64,000 bases of DNA, from contig NC_086108.1 of the NCBI RefSeq assembly GCF_963921235.1, forward strand, positions 90,832,001 through 90,896,000. The letters run 5' to 3'. A program made the translations under genes and the position numbers. This stretch comes from Mobula hypostoma. Its lineage: Eukaryota. The number at the start of each line of letters is the position of its first letter. The first letter of the stretch is position 1. A model generated the notes under the pieces. The model was not told where the DNA came from and ran no database searches. It saw nothing but the letters and a program-made list of their open reading frames with translations. This document shows, piece after piece, positions 1-12,842 of the stretch.

Positions 1-234
1 GTGTGTCTCGTGCCTCAACAAACCTGCTCTTTTTATCCCCCTGCTGGTGTATCACCTGTCCATCAAAATTCAAACAGTTCAGGTTCAAAGCAAACGGTCC
101 GTCTATATCTGAATTGTGTTTCTTTCTCATTAATCTCTCTCTTCTCTCTTATTGGCATTTTGAATGTTTCTCCATTGTCTTCCATTAACTCTCTCATTAG
201 CATCATCCGTCTGGTAGCTCTGCTTGGCGTCACA
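1..234 (-). mobile_element. Partial solo LTR (cut by window edge), related to the LTR at 25560-26415
   Basis: 1-90 resembles ~26150-26240 (tttatccccctgctgg..tatc.cctgtccatca..ttcaaacagttcagg); ends ...gtcaca. Confidence 0.65.
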
Positions 235-1844
235 CATGACAGTAGAAAAAGGATAATCTGTGGCTGACTACTGATCAGGAAAGGGGTTAATGGAATTTCT
301 TATACTGGCTCCTGGTTATGATGTGAATACTGTATATAGTCAGGATCAAAAGTAACTTCAGGTTTGTAAGCAGTGCTGGTTCTACATCAATAACATGCGT
401 AGTCGATACTTGTTGTGACCTTGATGTTGTGTACCAGTCTCAGTACAAGGTAATTAAATTCACATACAACATTAGGCTAAGGGTGGGTTTGCATTCCAAG
501 GGCACAGCCAAGTATTTCAAGGTAAATTTATAACAGTTTGCACCCTGCACTGACAAATAGCATTCAGAGTATAATGTACAGGAAGTGAAAATAGGAGACA
601 CGTACACCATGGATGAGATTAAATTTCTCTGAGATAGGAGTTGAAAGGCATGTCGAGGAACTGAAAAATCACCATGTCTAAATTGTACGAGGGAGGACTA
701 ATCGCAGCAAGGAGGATGATTTGGATTATTGCAAAATTGTTTAGTTGAAATCCCTCTTGCTGGAGCTGAACAAAGCCTTGGGCAGACCACACTGGGAGCT
801 TATAGTGAAATTTAGGGAAGCTGAGCCCTTGATGAAATGTACCTGCACCTCTGTGTCATAGCAGAGTGTACTAAATATCCTCAAGGTCTGTTTAGATAGT
901 GCCCTTCAATTCTGCCCTTCAAATGCTGCTTCTTACCAGCAAAGCACATATTTGTGTAGTAACTGGTCTAATACTACTGAAGTTTTAGACCACTCATTAA
1001 ATTGTTAGGTTTCCTATTTTCGTTCCAATCCTCTATTCATCTGGAATGTGTTTTTAAAACAGAATGAAGTTTCCAAGGATGTTGGACATTCAATAGTGGT
1101 TTACAAAGGAGAATCTGATGTAGAAAAAAAGGAAATAGCTGCAGATTGAATGAGAAAGGCCAAATAGTAGGGGGTGGGGGGAGGGAGGACGAATTAGATT
1201 GCTCCTTCACAGATTTAGCAGAAGGACATTGTGCCAATTGCAGTATGATCCCACGGAAACCCAATCAGCATGTCCTCTGATTGTTCATTGTTTGCATTGG
1301 ACAATCAAAGTATTAGTCTGAAATGGTTACTTCTTCTGCAATGTGTGGGAAATTAGAAGCTACTTCTATTTAAAGAAGCAGAACATTTTAAGTATTCCTG
1401 GAAAGATTAGTCAATTTTTGATTGTCGGTGTTTCTTTTTTACTTATAATTGTGTCCATTGACATTCTAGCTGATTTTATGTAGATTTTGTGATCTTGAAG
1501 GTGGAACAATATAGACAAATAAAAGGAGATTGTGAGACACAGCATTTGGTAGTGGAATAGGGTAATGTGCTGTAATACTCTGTGGGCATCTTGTCACCAC
1601 ACTTCGAGAAATAACTTGTGTTAAATCCAATTGTACCAGACCTGGTAATCTCATAGATATATACAGTCCAGGGAACTCTACCTGTTAAAAGCTTACCCTG
1701 GAGAATTCTGTAGCCATCCTTCCAGGTGGAGGTAATAATTTGTACTGTGCCTGACCAATGTTCCCATTGGTGTTTGGCTGTCAGCATTCCTGGCCAATTG
1801 TATTACTTCTGTTGCCACACATTCCAAAAAATCAGGTATTGCTC

Positions 1845-3312
1845 ATAAAAGCAGAAGAGAGGGTATATAATATTGCAGAAATTAGTGGGAAAGCTAAGAA
1901 TTGGGAAACTTTTCAAAGTTAACTGAAGTCAACTAAAAAAGTCGCAGAGAGAGAAAAGATGAAACATGGAAGTAAGCTAGCCAATAAAATGAAAAAGAGT
2001 ACAAAAAGAGTATTTTTCAGATATATAAAGAGTAAAAGAGAGATGAGAGTGGATATCAGACCACTGTAAAATGATAATGGAGAGGTAGTGATGGGGTATA
2101 AGGGTGGCAGATGAACATAATGAGCATTTTGCACCCGTCTTCACTGTGGAAGTCACTAGCGGATTGCCAAAAATATGACAGTGTCAGGGACAGAAGTGAG
2201 TGTTGTTACAATTACTAAGGAGAAGGTCCTTGGGAAGCTGAAAAGTCTTGTCACACTGTGACAAGACCAAAAGGACCATACCTCAGCGTTTAGAAAGGGG
2301 TAGCTAAAGAGGCATTAGTAGTGATGTTTAAAGAAACACCAGATTTTGGAATGTTTCCTGAGGAATGGAAAATTTCCAATGTCACGCCACTCTTTACAAA
2401 TGGAAGGAGGCAGAAGAAAATAATTTATAGGCCATTTGGCCGGACTTCAGTGGTTGGAAAGGTATTGGAGTCTATTATTAAAGATGAGGTTTCAGGATAC
2501 TTTGAGGCACATGTTAAATTGGGTGAAAATTAGCATGGATTTCTAAAGGGGAAATCTTGCCTGACAAACCTGCTGGAATCTTTGAGGAAATAACAGGTAA
2601 GATAGACAAAGGAGAGTCAGTGGATGTTCTTTATTGGAATTTTCAGAAGGGCTTTGACAAGGTGCAGCACATGAGGTTACTTACCAAGATAAGAGACAAT
2701 CACAATTAGAAGAAAGGTACTAGCATGGAAGACTGGCTGACTGATAGTAGGCAAAAAGTGGGAATAAAGGGGGCCTTTTGTGGTTGGTTGCCAGTAAATA
2801 ATGGTGTGCTGCAGGGGTCAGTGTTGGGACTGCTTCTTCTCATGTTATATGTGAATGCTTTTTATTTATTCATTTATTCTTTTGAGATACAGTACGGTGT
2901 AGGCCCTTCTGGCCCTTCGCGTTGCGTCACCCAACCATCCCCCAATTTAATCCTGGCCTAATCATGAGACAACTTACAATGACCAATTAAGTGACTAATC
3001 AGTACATCTTTGGAATGTGGGAGGTAACCGGAGCACATGGCGGAAACCCACGTGGTCATGGGGAGAATGTATAAACTCCTTACGGGCAGCAGCGGGAATT
3101 GAACCCAGAGCACATGTGTTGTAAAGCATTGTGCTGACCGCTACACTACCATACCACTTTTGATGGCTTTGAGGCCAAGTTTGCAGATGACACAAAGATA
3201 GGTGGAGATGCAAGTAGTGTTGAGGAAGCAGAGTCTGCAGAGGGATTTAGACAGATTAGGAGAATGGGCGAAGAAGTGGCAGATGGAATATAATGTAAGG
3301 CGGTGCACAATC
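1845..3312 (+). mobile_element. Decayed CR1-type LINE ORF2 fragment, interrupted by a SINE
   Basis: Peptides WKISNVTPLF, YRPF-TSVVGKVLESII, GVLQGSVLGLLL and KFADDTK; many stops and frameshifts. Confidence 0.9.
2858..3157 (-). mobile_element. tRNA-derived V-SINE (HE1-like) inserted in CR1
   Basis: Reverse complement has A/B-box head (ggtagtgtagcggtcagc...gggttcaattcc) and V-domain gtgctccggttacctcccacattccaaagatgt. Confidence 0.8.
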
Positions 3313-4699
3313 ATTGGGATCCTGGGAGTTCTGCACTCCCTTCCTTCATTATTTGTCCCTTTGAGCATCATTATGCCTGTTCCTGGCATGCTTCCCAACT
3401 TCCCCTACCAGATTTGCAGCAAATTGAATATCTAACCTCTGTTCCATCAAACCAAGCCACATAGGTGGTGAAGTAATAAATTATGTCTTAAAAATGAAAG
3501 GTAGCCACAGAGGTACATAAGGGATTTTTTTTTTTAGCTTAAATCCTTGGTGGATCAATAAAACTTGTGATGCTCAAGAGGCCAAAATTGCAAGAGCACA
3601 GATATTCTAATTATGTCTGATGACTTGAAGGCCTCTGGAAAAATTAAAAACAAGAATTTGAAAACCTCTTTAATTGCAAGTCTTTGTATTACAGCTTGTT
3701 TACTGTTTGGTAATTGGTTCAGTCTTGTCACATGTGTCAAGATACGTTGTAACACATGCCTTCAGACAGCTCATTCCAAATATAAGTTCATCAAGGAGGT
3801 ACAAAGAAAAAGAGCAGAATGCAGAAGATAGTGTTACAGAGAAAGTGCAGTGCAGGTAGACAAATAAGGGTCATGAGACATGTTGAGGTAGACTGAGAGA
3901 TCAAGAGTTCATTTTCATTGTACATGAGGTCTCAGAACAATGAGTTAGAATCCATCCTTGAGCCTGGTGGGGCGTGTTTTCAACCTTCTGTATTTTCAGC
4001 CTGATGGAACCTGGTAGAAGGGGGAATGACTGGGATAGTAAGGTTCTTTGATTACGCTGTCTGATTTTCCAAGGCAGCTGGGTAAACAGGGCATGAAATA
4101 AGTAAAACAAAGTTTTCAAGGGCAAAATAAGGAAGGCTGGTCAGGAAGGCATTGGAGTTGTGAAATACCAAAGATGTGGGTGATGATTTCATTGGCAGAT
4201 GAATTGAAGCAGTAGAAATGATGCAACAAAGATGAAAATAGTGGTTCAAGGGTTAGTGAAGATATGAGATTGGGGTTAAATATGGCAGTAAAACCCAAAA
4301 CAGTTTGATTTAGCAGCAGTTAATTGCTGAGAAGAACGATAATGGTGACTGGATAGAGACTAGAATTTGGAGCAGTGACAAGGTGTCGTTGCACATTAAC
4401 CATAAGAACAAAATGGTAAACAGTTTAGCTAATGAGTTTGTGGTGTATGAATACACACAATGTTTTTGTGTGGTATTTAAGAATATGGGCCCAGTAATGA
4501 TAATTGATAATAAAATATTTCCAAATCATGTTGATATGCACCTTGAAAGGGCAATTATATGTGCTGGGGTTTCCATGGTTCTCCAAGTCCCCTCCTTATA
4601 TGTTATTACATGTGTTGAGGTGGTGAGTTTGGGGAGTATTTTGAACTAAATATTGTGAGTTGGTGAAGAGATTTTGTGAAAGGCAGATGTGTCAATGGT

Positions 4700-5420
4700 A
4701 CTTCATCATAGTTGATTCGGCCGACAGCGGTGTCATCAGCAAACCTGGATATGGATTTGTAGCTGTGCTTAGCCTCACAGTCATAAGTACAAAGCAAATA
4801 GAGCAGTGACTAAGCTCACAGCCTTCTGGTACACTTCTGCTGATGGAGGTTGTGGAGGAGATACTGTTGCCAGTCCTAACGGGGGTCTGCAGCTGAGGAA
4901 ATTGAGGACCCAGTTGTAGAAAGGAATATTGAGGCCAAGGTCTTGAATCTTACTGATTGGTTTTTTAGGGGCGGTAGTACTGAATGGCTGGTAAGATCAT
5001 CCGGTTGGATGCATCCTCACTGTTCAGATGTTCCAGAGTTGAGCAAAGAGCCATTGGAATGATTTCTGCTGTGGACCTGTTGTGAAGGTAGACAAATTGG
5101 AGTGGATCCAAGTTGCTTTGTAGGCAGGAATTGATGTCTTTTATCACTAACCTCTTAAAGCACTTCTTCGCTGTGGGTGTAAGTGCTACTGGACAAGAAC
5201 CAGTTAAGACAGGTTAACCAATTCTTCATCAGCTCTGGTATAATTGAAGCCTGCTTGAATCTGATGGGTACCTCAGACTGCAGAAGTGAGAAGTTAAAGA
5301 TATCAGTGAAAACATCCACCCAGCTGATCAACACAGGTTTTTAGTACTTGGCCAAGTACGTGTCTGGACCAATGTTCTCTATGGATTCACTCTCCTGAAG
5401 AATGCTCTTAAGTCAGCATT
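4700..5420 (-). mobile_element. Rex1/Babar LINE RT fragment
   Basis: LDPLQFVY-NRST..LEHL and RFADDTAVGRI peptides on the minus strand. Confidence 0.8.
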
Positions 5421-5479
5421 TCTAAAAATCAAAGTTCAAAAACTCAAAGCTGAAAGTAAATTTATTATCAAAGTACTTG

Positions 5480-8400
5480 ATCATTGGGATCTCTTCTGGA
5501 GAGGTATGACCTATACAAAAAGGACATGTTGCTCCTGAACCTGAGGGAGACCTATATTCTTGTGGGCAAGTTTGTTAGAGATGATGGGGACGGTTTAAGC
5601 TAGTTTGGCATAGTGGATAAAATGAGTCAGGATAGGATGGATGTTAATAAAGCAAAGATAGTGTTTGGTCAGATTGTCAGGAAAGGCAGGCAGATGACAG
5701 GAGAAAATTGCAGCCAGCAGGGTGAGTATCAGTGCATTAGGGAAGCAGAATCATAAAGGGTTAGAAATAGAGTACTCAAAGTGTTATATCTCAGTGCATG
5801 GAGTATAAGAAATAAGGCGGATGATCTTGTTGCACTTTCACAGATTGCCAGGTATGATGCTGTGGCCATCACTGATTGATGGCTGACGGATGGTTATTGT
5901 TGGGAGCTGAATGTCCAAGGTTACACATTGTATCAGAGGGATAGGAAGGTAAACTGAGGGTAACTGCAAGGGTAACAAGATCCTGATGGCAGTTATATAC
6001 AGTCCCCCAAACATTAGCTGGGATGTGGACTACACATTACAATGAGAAATAGAAAAGGCGTGTCAAAAGGGCAATGTTATGATAGTCATGGGAGATTTTA
6101 ACATACAGGCAGATTAGGAAAACCAGAGCAACACTTTCAGTACGCTGGATGAACTCAGCAGGTCGGGCAGCATCAGTCAGAAATGATGAGTCGACGTTTT
6201 GGGCCAGAACCCTTCGTCAGGACTGAAGAATGAAAGATGGGGAAGGACTTGAAGAATGCTTGTAGCATCAGTTGAAAGACCAGTAATTTGAAAGACAGAG
6301 GGGAAGCATTGACGTCATAGCCCTGAAAACAATGGGTAGTAGAAGAAGGAGGCAGAAACATGAGGGAGCTGGGGGAGGGGGTAGAGTGAAATAGGGATAG
6401 AGGAAGGGAGGGGGAGAGAATTACCGGAAGTTGGAGAATTCTATGTTCATACCAAGGGGCTGGAGACTACCTAGACGGTATATGAGGTGTTGTTCCTCCA
6501 ACCTGACTTTAGCTTCATCATTCAAGAGAGTGAATTTGTTGAATGCCTACAAGATGGCTTTTTAGAGCAGTTTATGGAGCTTTTGCTCTGGAGCCTAAGT
6601 AGGGGAGCAGCTATACTGGATCGGGTGTTATGTAATGAACCAGAGGCAATTAAGGAGCTTAAGGTAAAGGAACCCTGAGGAGCCAGTGATCACAATATGA
6701 TTGAGTTCAACTTGAAATTTGATAGGGAGAAAGTAAACCTGACATAACAGAATTCCAGTGGAGTAAAGGAAATTACAGTGGTATGAGAGGTGAGTTGGCC
6801 AAAGTAAATTGGAAGGAGATACTGGCAGAGATGACAGTAGAGCAGCAAAAGCTTGAGTTTCTGTGAAAAATGATGAAGGTGCAAGACAGATGTATGCCAA
6901 AAACAAAGAAATACTCAAATGACAATATAGTATTACCATGGCTAACAAGTGAAACCAAGGCTAATGTAAAATCCAAAGAGAGGACATATAACAAAGCAAA
7001 AAATAGCAGGAAGATAGAGATTTGGGAAGCTTTTAAAAACATACAGAAAGCAACTAGAAGATTAATTAGGAGGGAAAAGATGAAATATAAAAGAAAGCTA
7101 GCAAACAATATCAAGGCGGATAGAAAAATCTTTGAAAAAATAAAAGAGTAGTGTGAGTGAATATATAGGACCACAAGAAAATGAGGCCGGAGAAATAATA
7201 ATGGAGGACAAGGACATGGCAGATGAACTAAATGAGTACTTTGCATCAGTCTTCACTGTGGCAGTGTGCCAGGTGTTGAAGGGTGTCAGCAAAGAGAAGT
7301 GAGTGCAGCTACTATTACAAGGGAGAAGGTGCTCAAAAAGCTGAAAGACCAAAAGGGATACAAGTCACCCGGACCAGATGAACTGCACGCTAGGGTCCTG
7401 AAAGAGGTAGCGATAGAGATTGTGGAGGCATGAGTAATGATCTTTCAAGGATCACTGGACTCTGGCATGGTACTGGAGAACTGGAAAATTGCAAATGTCA
7501 CTCCATTCTTTAAGAAAGGAGGGAGGCAGCAGAAAGGAAATTATTGACCAGTTAGCCTGAGCTCAGTGGTTGGGAAGGTGTTGGAGTCCATTGTTAAGGA
7601 TGAGGTTATGGAGTACTTGGTGACACAGGACAAGATAGAACAAATTCAGCATGGTTTCCTTCAGGGAAAATTCTGCCTGATGAACCTATTGGAATTCTAT
7701 GAGGCGGCCTTTTGCAAGGTTCCACACATGAGGCTGTTTACCAAGTTAAGAGCCCATGGTATTACAGGAAAGTTACTAACATGGTTAGAGGATTGGCTGA
7801 TTGGTAGGAGGCAGCGAGGGGGAATAGAAGGATCCTTTTCTCATTGGCTGCCAGTTACTAATAGTGTTCTACAGAGGTTGGTGTTGGGACCACTTCTTTT
7901 TATGCTGTATGTCAATGATTTAGATGATGGAATAGATGGCTTTGAGCCAAGTTTGCAGATGCTACAAAGATTGGTGGAGGGGCTGGTAGTGTTGGGGGAA
8001 ACAAGTAGGCTGCAGAAGGACTTCAACAGATTAGGAAAATAGGCGAGAAAGTGGCAAATGAAATGCAATGTTGGAAAATGCATGGTCATGCACTTTGGTA
8101 GTAGAAATAAATGTGCAGACTGTTTTCTAAATGGGGTGAAAATCCAAAAATCTGAGTTGCAAAGGGACTTGGGAGTCCTTGTGCAGAACACCCTGAAGGT
8201 TAACTTGCAGGTTGAGTCAGTGGTGGGAAGGCCAATGCAATGTTAGCATTTGTTTCAATAGGTCCGGAATGTAAGAGCAGGGATGTGATGCTGAGGCTTT
8301 ATAAAGCACTGGTGAGGCCTCAGTGTTGTGAACAGTTTTGAGCTACTTATATAAGAAAAGATGTGTTGGCATTGGAGAGGGTTCAGAGGAGATTCACAAG

Positions 8401-8870
8401 AATGACTCCGGTATGAAAAGGTTATCATATGAGGAATGTTTGATGGCTCTGGGCCTGTACTCACTGGAATTTAGAAAAATGAGGGGGGATCTTACTGAAA
8501 CCTTTCGAATGTTGAAAGGTCCAGACGGAGTAGATATGCGAAGGATTTTTGTCATGGTGAGGAGTCTAGGACAAATGGGCAAGCCTCATGATAGAAGGGT
8601 GTCTATTTAAAACAGAGATGCAGAGAAATTTCTTCAGCCACAGGTTGGTGAATTTGTGGAATTTGTTACCACAGGGAGCTATGGAGGCTAGGTCGTTGGA
8701 TGTATTTAAGAAGAGATTGATGGGTTCTTGATTGGGTACAGTATTGAAGGTTACGGGGAGAAGGCTGCAGAGTGAAGCTATGAAGGGAGAACAAAAGATC
8801 AGCCATGATTGAATGGCAGAGCAGACTCAATGGGCCAAGTGGCCTAATTATGCTCCTATGTCTTATGGTC
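5480..8870 (+). mobile_element. Decayed CR1-type LINE (end of ORF1, endonuclease, RT, 3' end)
   Basis: GDFN, ILDRVLCN, SDHN endonuclease motifs; RT peptides in ORFs 7566-8042 and 8338-8610; tail gctcctatgtcttatggtct. Confidence 0.92.
6128..6520 (-). mobile_element. Penelope-like element (PLE) 3' fragment inserted in CR1
   Basis: Reverse complement encodes the C-terminal motif (LIYRLGSLQPLGMNIEFSNFR) and a terminal repeat cagtcCTGACGAagggttctggcccAAAAcgtcgac. Confidence 0.8.
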
Positions 8871-9129
8871 TACTTATATGTTATCATATACTAACCAGAT
8901 TTATTTTGCAGGCATTTACAGTAGAACAAATAATGCAATTTACTCAATGAAAATATATACACAAAGACTGACAATTCATTAATGTGCAAAGGAAAGCAAC
9001 CTATGCAAATAAAAAACAAATAATAAGTAAGTAGGTAAATAAATTAGTACTTCTGAGAAAATGAGTTGTTGAGACCTTGAATGTGAGACTATAGGTTGTT
9101 TTAAATAGGTAAATACATAGATGCTTTTC

Positions 9130-10070
9130 ATTCCAGACCTAAGGAGATGTCCTCCTCCTTCAAAGAAAGGGTTTCCCTTCCTTCGCCATCAATGTTGCCT
9201 CAACCACATCTCTTCCATTTCACGCACATTTTCCTTCACCCCATCATCATGCCATCCCACCAGAGATAGGTTCCTCTTGTTCTCAGCTACCACCCCACAA
9301 GCCTCTGTGCCTAGCACATATTTCTAACTCCTGCCATCTCCAACGGGATTCCACCACCAAGCACATCTTTCACTCCCTCCCATTTCCTGCATTCTGCAGG
9401 GATCGCTCCCTATGTGACTCCCTTGTCCATGTGTCCCTCCCCACTGACCTCCCTCCTGGCACTTATCCTTGCAACTCAAACAAGTGCTACACCTGTCCCT
9501 ACACCTCCTCTGTCACTACAATTCAGGGCCTCAAACAGTCCTTCCAGGTTATGCGAAACTTCACCTGTGAGTCTACTGGGGTCATCTACTGTAACTGGTA
9601 CTCCCGGTGTGGCCTCCTGTATATTGATGAGACCCAACATAGATTGGGAGACCACTTCACCAAACACCCATGCTCCATACAACGGAAAAAGCGAGATCCT
9701 CCAGTGCCACCATTTTAATTCTACCTCCCATTTCTATTCCAACATGTCAGTTCATGGCCTCCTCTACTGTCACGATGGGGCCGCACTCAGATTGGAGGAG
9801 CAACCTGATGGCATTAGCATCAATTTCTTGAATTTCAGTAATACCACCCCCCCCCAACTTCATCATTCCCCATTCCCATTTCCCTTTCTCTCCTTATCTC
9901 CTTACTTGCCCATCACCTCCCTCTGTTGCTCCTCCCCCTTTTCTTTCTTCCATGGCCTTCTATCCTTTCCTCTCCTCAACTTTTTTTCTCCCATCCCGAT
10001 GAAGTGTCTCAGTCTGAAATGTCGACTGTACTCTTTTCCATAGATGCCTGGCCTGCTCAGTTCCTGCTAT
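9130..10070 (+). mobile_element. Penelope-like element 3' part with GIY-YIG endonuclease remnant and terminal repeat
   Basis: ORF 9431-9718 PGTYPCNSNKCYTC...VIYC..CGLLYIDET..RL-DHF; downstream QPDGISINF; degenerate hammerhead core near 9997-10028. Confidence 0.88.
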
Positions 10071-10544
10071 GGTGCTTAGATGTTTCAAATGCAATTTTTT
10101 TTGTGTTTTCAAATGTTTGTAATATTTCCTATTGCAAAGTTACTTCCATGTTCAATATTAACTTAAAAAGTTAATCTTAATATTAAATTACCTTCCACCA
10201 AGGCTAAACAAGTAGAAATATATAATCCAATATTTGTGAACACGCAGGCATGAAATTATTCAATGTACAATTATTTTTCAAAACCCCTCTCCCAACCCCT
10301 CAATTTTAACAATAATAAACAGTAATCTGACAGTAGAGATGTGCAAGAGTGCAGACATTGAAGTATACAGCAATGAACAATGTACAAAAGGAACCCAACA
10401 GGTCAAGTAGCATCTGTAAGAGGAAAATAATTGTTGATGTTTTGGGTTGTGACCCTCCTGTACCTACGAGGTTCTTCCAGAAGATTAGTTGTTGCTAATG
10501 CCACCAGACCAGTTATCATAATGCAAGGCTGATATCAGTTACAT

Positions 10545-10655
10545 GAGCAATTCTGCAGATGGTGGGCTTTGGCTCGAAGCGTTGACTGTTTACTCTTTTC
10601 CATAGATGCTACCTAGCCTGCTGAGTTCCTTCATCATTGTGTGTGTGTTGCCTTG
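10545..10655 (+). mobile_element. PLE terminal-repeat fragment
   Basis: cgaagcgttgactgtttactcttttccatagatgctacctagcctgctgagttcc matches the other copies. Confidence 0.7.
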
Positions 10656-10914
10656 ATTGAAATCAGTACACAGTCATAAGCACCAGTTCTAAAAGAACAC
10701 AAGCTCAAAAAGCTGGTTATTATTCAAGTGTTGCAATTCTAACATCTTTTTGTGCTCACCGTATCCTTGTTCAGCTATAGTGGACTTGCATGTAATAAAG
10801 ATATTCTGCAGATACAACAAAGTCGCAAGATAAAAACGGGCAAAGTGGATGTGTGCAGATGCACGCTTAAATGACTGGGAAAATACCACCACCATAAAAC
10901 TTTCAGCTTCTTTA

Positions 10915-11430
10915 GTGGACAACATTGGTGTCCTCTCCCAGGTTAACAAGTCCCATACAGGTGTCCTATAGTTACACTCAGTCAGTACATTGGGTAGGCC
11001 ATTATCATTCACATGCCTGGCATCAGATTCTTGAAGCACAAACTTTAGTCCAGGCTCTGTCATGGGAAGAGAGTACCAAGTAGACTGACAAAGAGATTGA
11101 AAGATATGCTGAAAGCCTCTTTAAAGAAAAGCAACTTCTCACTGACTCCTGGGAATCTCAGTACTGTTGCTGTTCAGAGTGAAGAATGAACATCTGCAAT
11201 GGCTTGTAATCTGCAGGCCGTGCTTCCAGAGCACGCACGGACCCTGTATAAACCGCAGAAGGGGCAGACCCCTCACAGATGGCTCATCCACTCAACCTGT
11301 CAGCAGCCTCCCACACGATTTGAGGAGGAGTCTGCGGTTCGCACATTAACTTCACTATCCACCTAAAAAAACACACAAAATCCAGATGAAAGTAAATCAG
11401 CCTCGATCCTGAGGGATTGTCAATGGAAAA
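10915..11430 (+). mobile_element. Old RTE-clade LINE 3' fragment
   Basis: Broken frames give IIHMP..R, LCHGKR and KRLKDMLKASLKKSN..DSWESQ, resembling the RTE/BovB C-terminus. Confidence 0.6.
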
Positions 11431-11759
11431 GAATTTGATGGTTAGAAGGCAAACCTCTAATTGGTACCAGTAACACTTCGTATTCTGAATGGGGCATATT
11501 AATGTGAGAACTAAACTTAGTGGCCACTTTATTAGGTACCCCCTGTACCTAATAAAGTGGCCACTGAGTGTACGTTTGTGGTCTTCTGCCGCTGTAGCCT
11601 ATCCACTACAAGGTTCAATGTGTTGTTCTGTCACAGATGCTGTTCTGCACACCACTGTTGTAATGTGTGCTTATTGGCACCTTCCTGTATGGCCAGTCTC
11701 CTCTGATCTGTCTCATTAAGGAGGTACTTTCACACACAGAACAACAGCTCACTGCTCAC

Positions 11760-11988
11760 TGAGTTGTGAAAGGGCTTCTTGGGGATATACTAAACAGGCT
11801 GTCAAATAGCAAAAAATACTGAAGGATTTGCTTTGTACCAGTAATTTGGCCATTGCTGTATTAATTGGTTTAGATCTCTCAGAAAAAGTATTATTTCAGC
11901 TGAATACCCAGGATTTAAATATTACAGATACTTTCAGCCAAATCCTCTTCATATTCAACAAAAAACTAACTGCTGATACCTAAAAATT
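11760..11988 (+). repeat. About 230-bp copy of unique sequence 13756-13984
   Basis: Direct alignment tgagttgtgaaagggcttcttgggg...gatacctaaaaatt with scattered substitutions. Confidence 0.95.
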
Positions 11989-12240
11989 TTTTGCTTTTGC
12001 ACCATTCTCTTAAACTCTAGAGGCTATTGTGTGTGAAAATCCCAGAGGATCAACAATTTCTGAGATACTCAAACAACCCAAGTAGCACCAGCAATCATTC
12101 TACAGTCAAAGTCACTTAGATTATGTTTATTAGCCACTCTGAAGTTTGGTCTGAACAACAACTGAACCTCTTGGCCATGTCTGCATGCCTTTATGTATTG
12201 AGTTGCTGCCACATGATTCACTGATTAGATACTTGCATTA

Positions 12241-12842
12241 GTCATAGTCATAGTCATACTTTATTGATCCCGAGGGAAATTGGTTTTCGTTACAGTTGCA
12301 CCTTAAATAATTAAATAGTGATAAAACCATAAATAATTAAATAAGAGTATGTAAACTATGCCAGGAAGTAAGTCCAGGACCAACCTATTGGCTCAGGGTG
12401 TCTGACCCTCCAAGGGAGGAGTTGTAAAGTTTGATGGCCACAGGCAGGAATGACTTCCTATGACGCTCTGTGTTGTATCTCAGTGGACTGAGTCTCTGGC
12501 TGAATGTACTCCTGTGCCCAACCAGTCCACTATGTACTGGGTGGGAGACATTGACCAAGATGGCATGCAACTTAGACAGCATCCTCTTTTCAGACACCAC
12601 CGTCAGAGAGTCCAGTTCCATCCCCACAACATCACTGGCCTTACGAATGAGCGTGTTGATTCTGTTGGTGTCTGCTACCTGGTGTCTGCTACCTTCAGCC
12701 TGCTGCCCCAGCACACAACAGCAAACATGATAGCACTGGCCACCACAGACTCGTAGAACATCCTCAGCATCATCCGACAGATGTTAAAGGACCTCAGTCT
12801 CCTCAGGAAATAGAGACAGCTCTGACCCTTCTTGTAGACAGC
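12241..12842 (-). mobile_element. Young 5'-truncated Rex1/Babar LINE with (TATGAC)n tail
   Basis: ORF 12385-12714 is nearly identical to the C-terminus of ORF 48284-49081; candidate TSD CATTA at 12236-12240 and 12843-12847. Confidence 0.9.

Noticed and set aside
9414..10043. 209-aa ORF
   Set aside because: Mostly an alternative frame over the PLE endonuclease region and its pyrimidine-rich UTR
10689..11063. 124-aa minus-strand ORF
   Set aside because: Partly antisense to an RTE remnant; no recognisable domain or splice context
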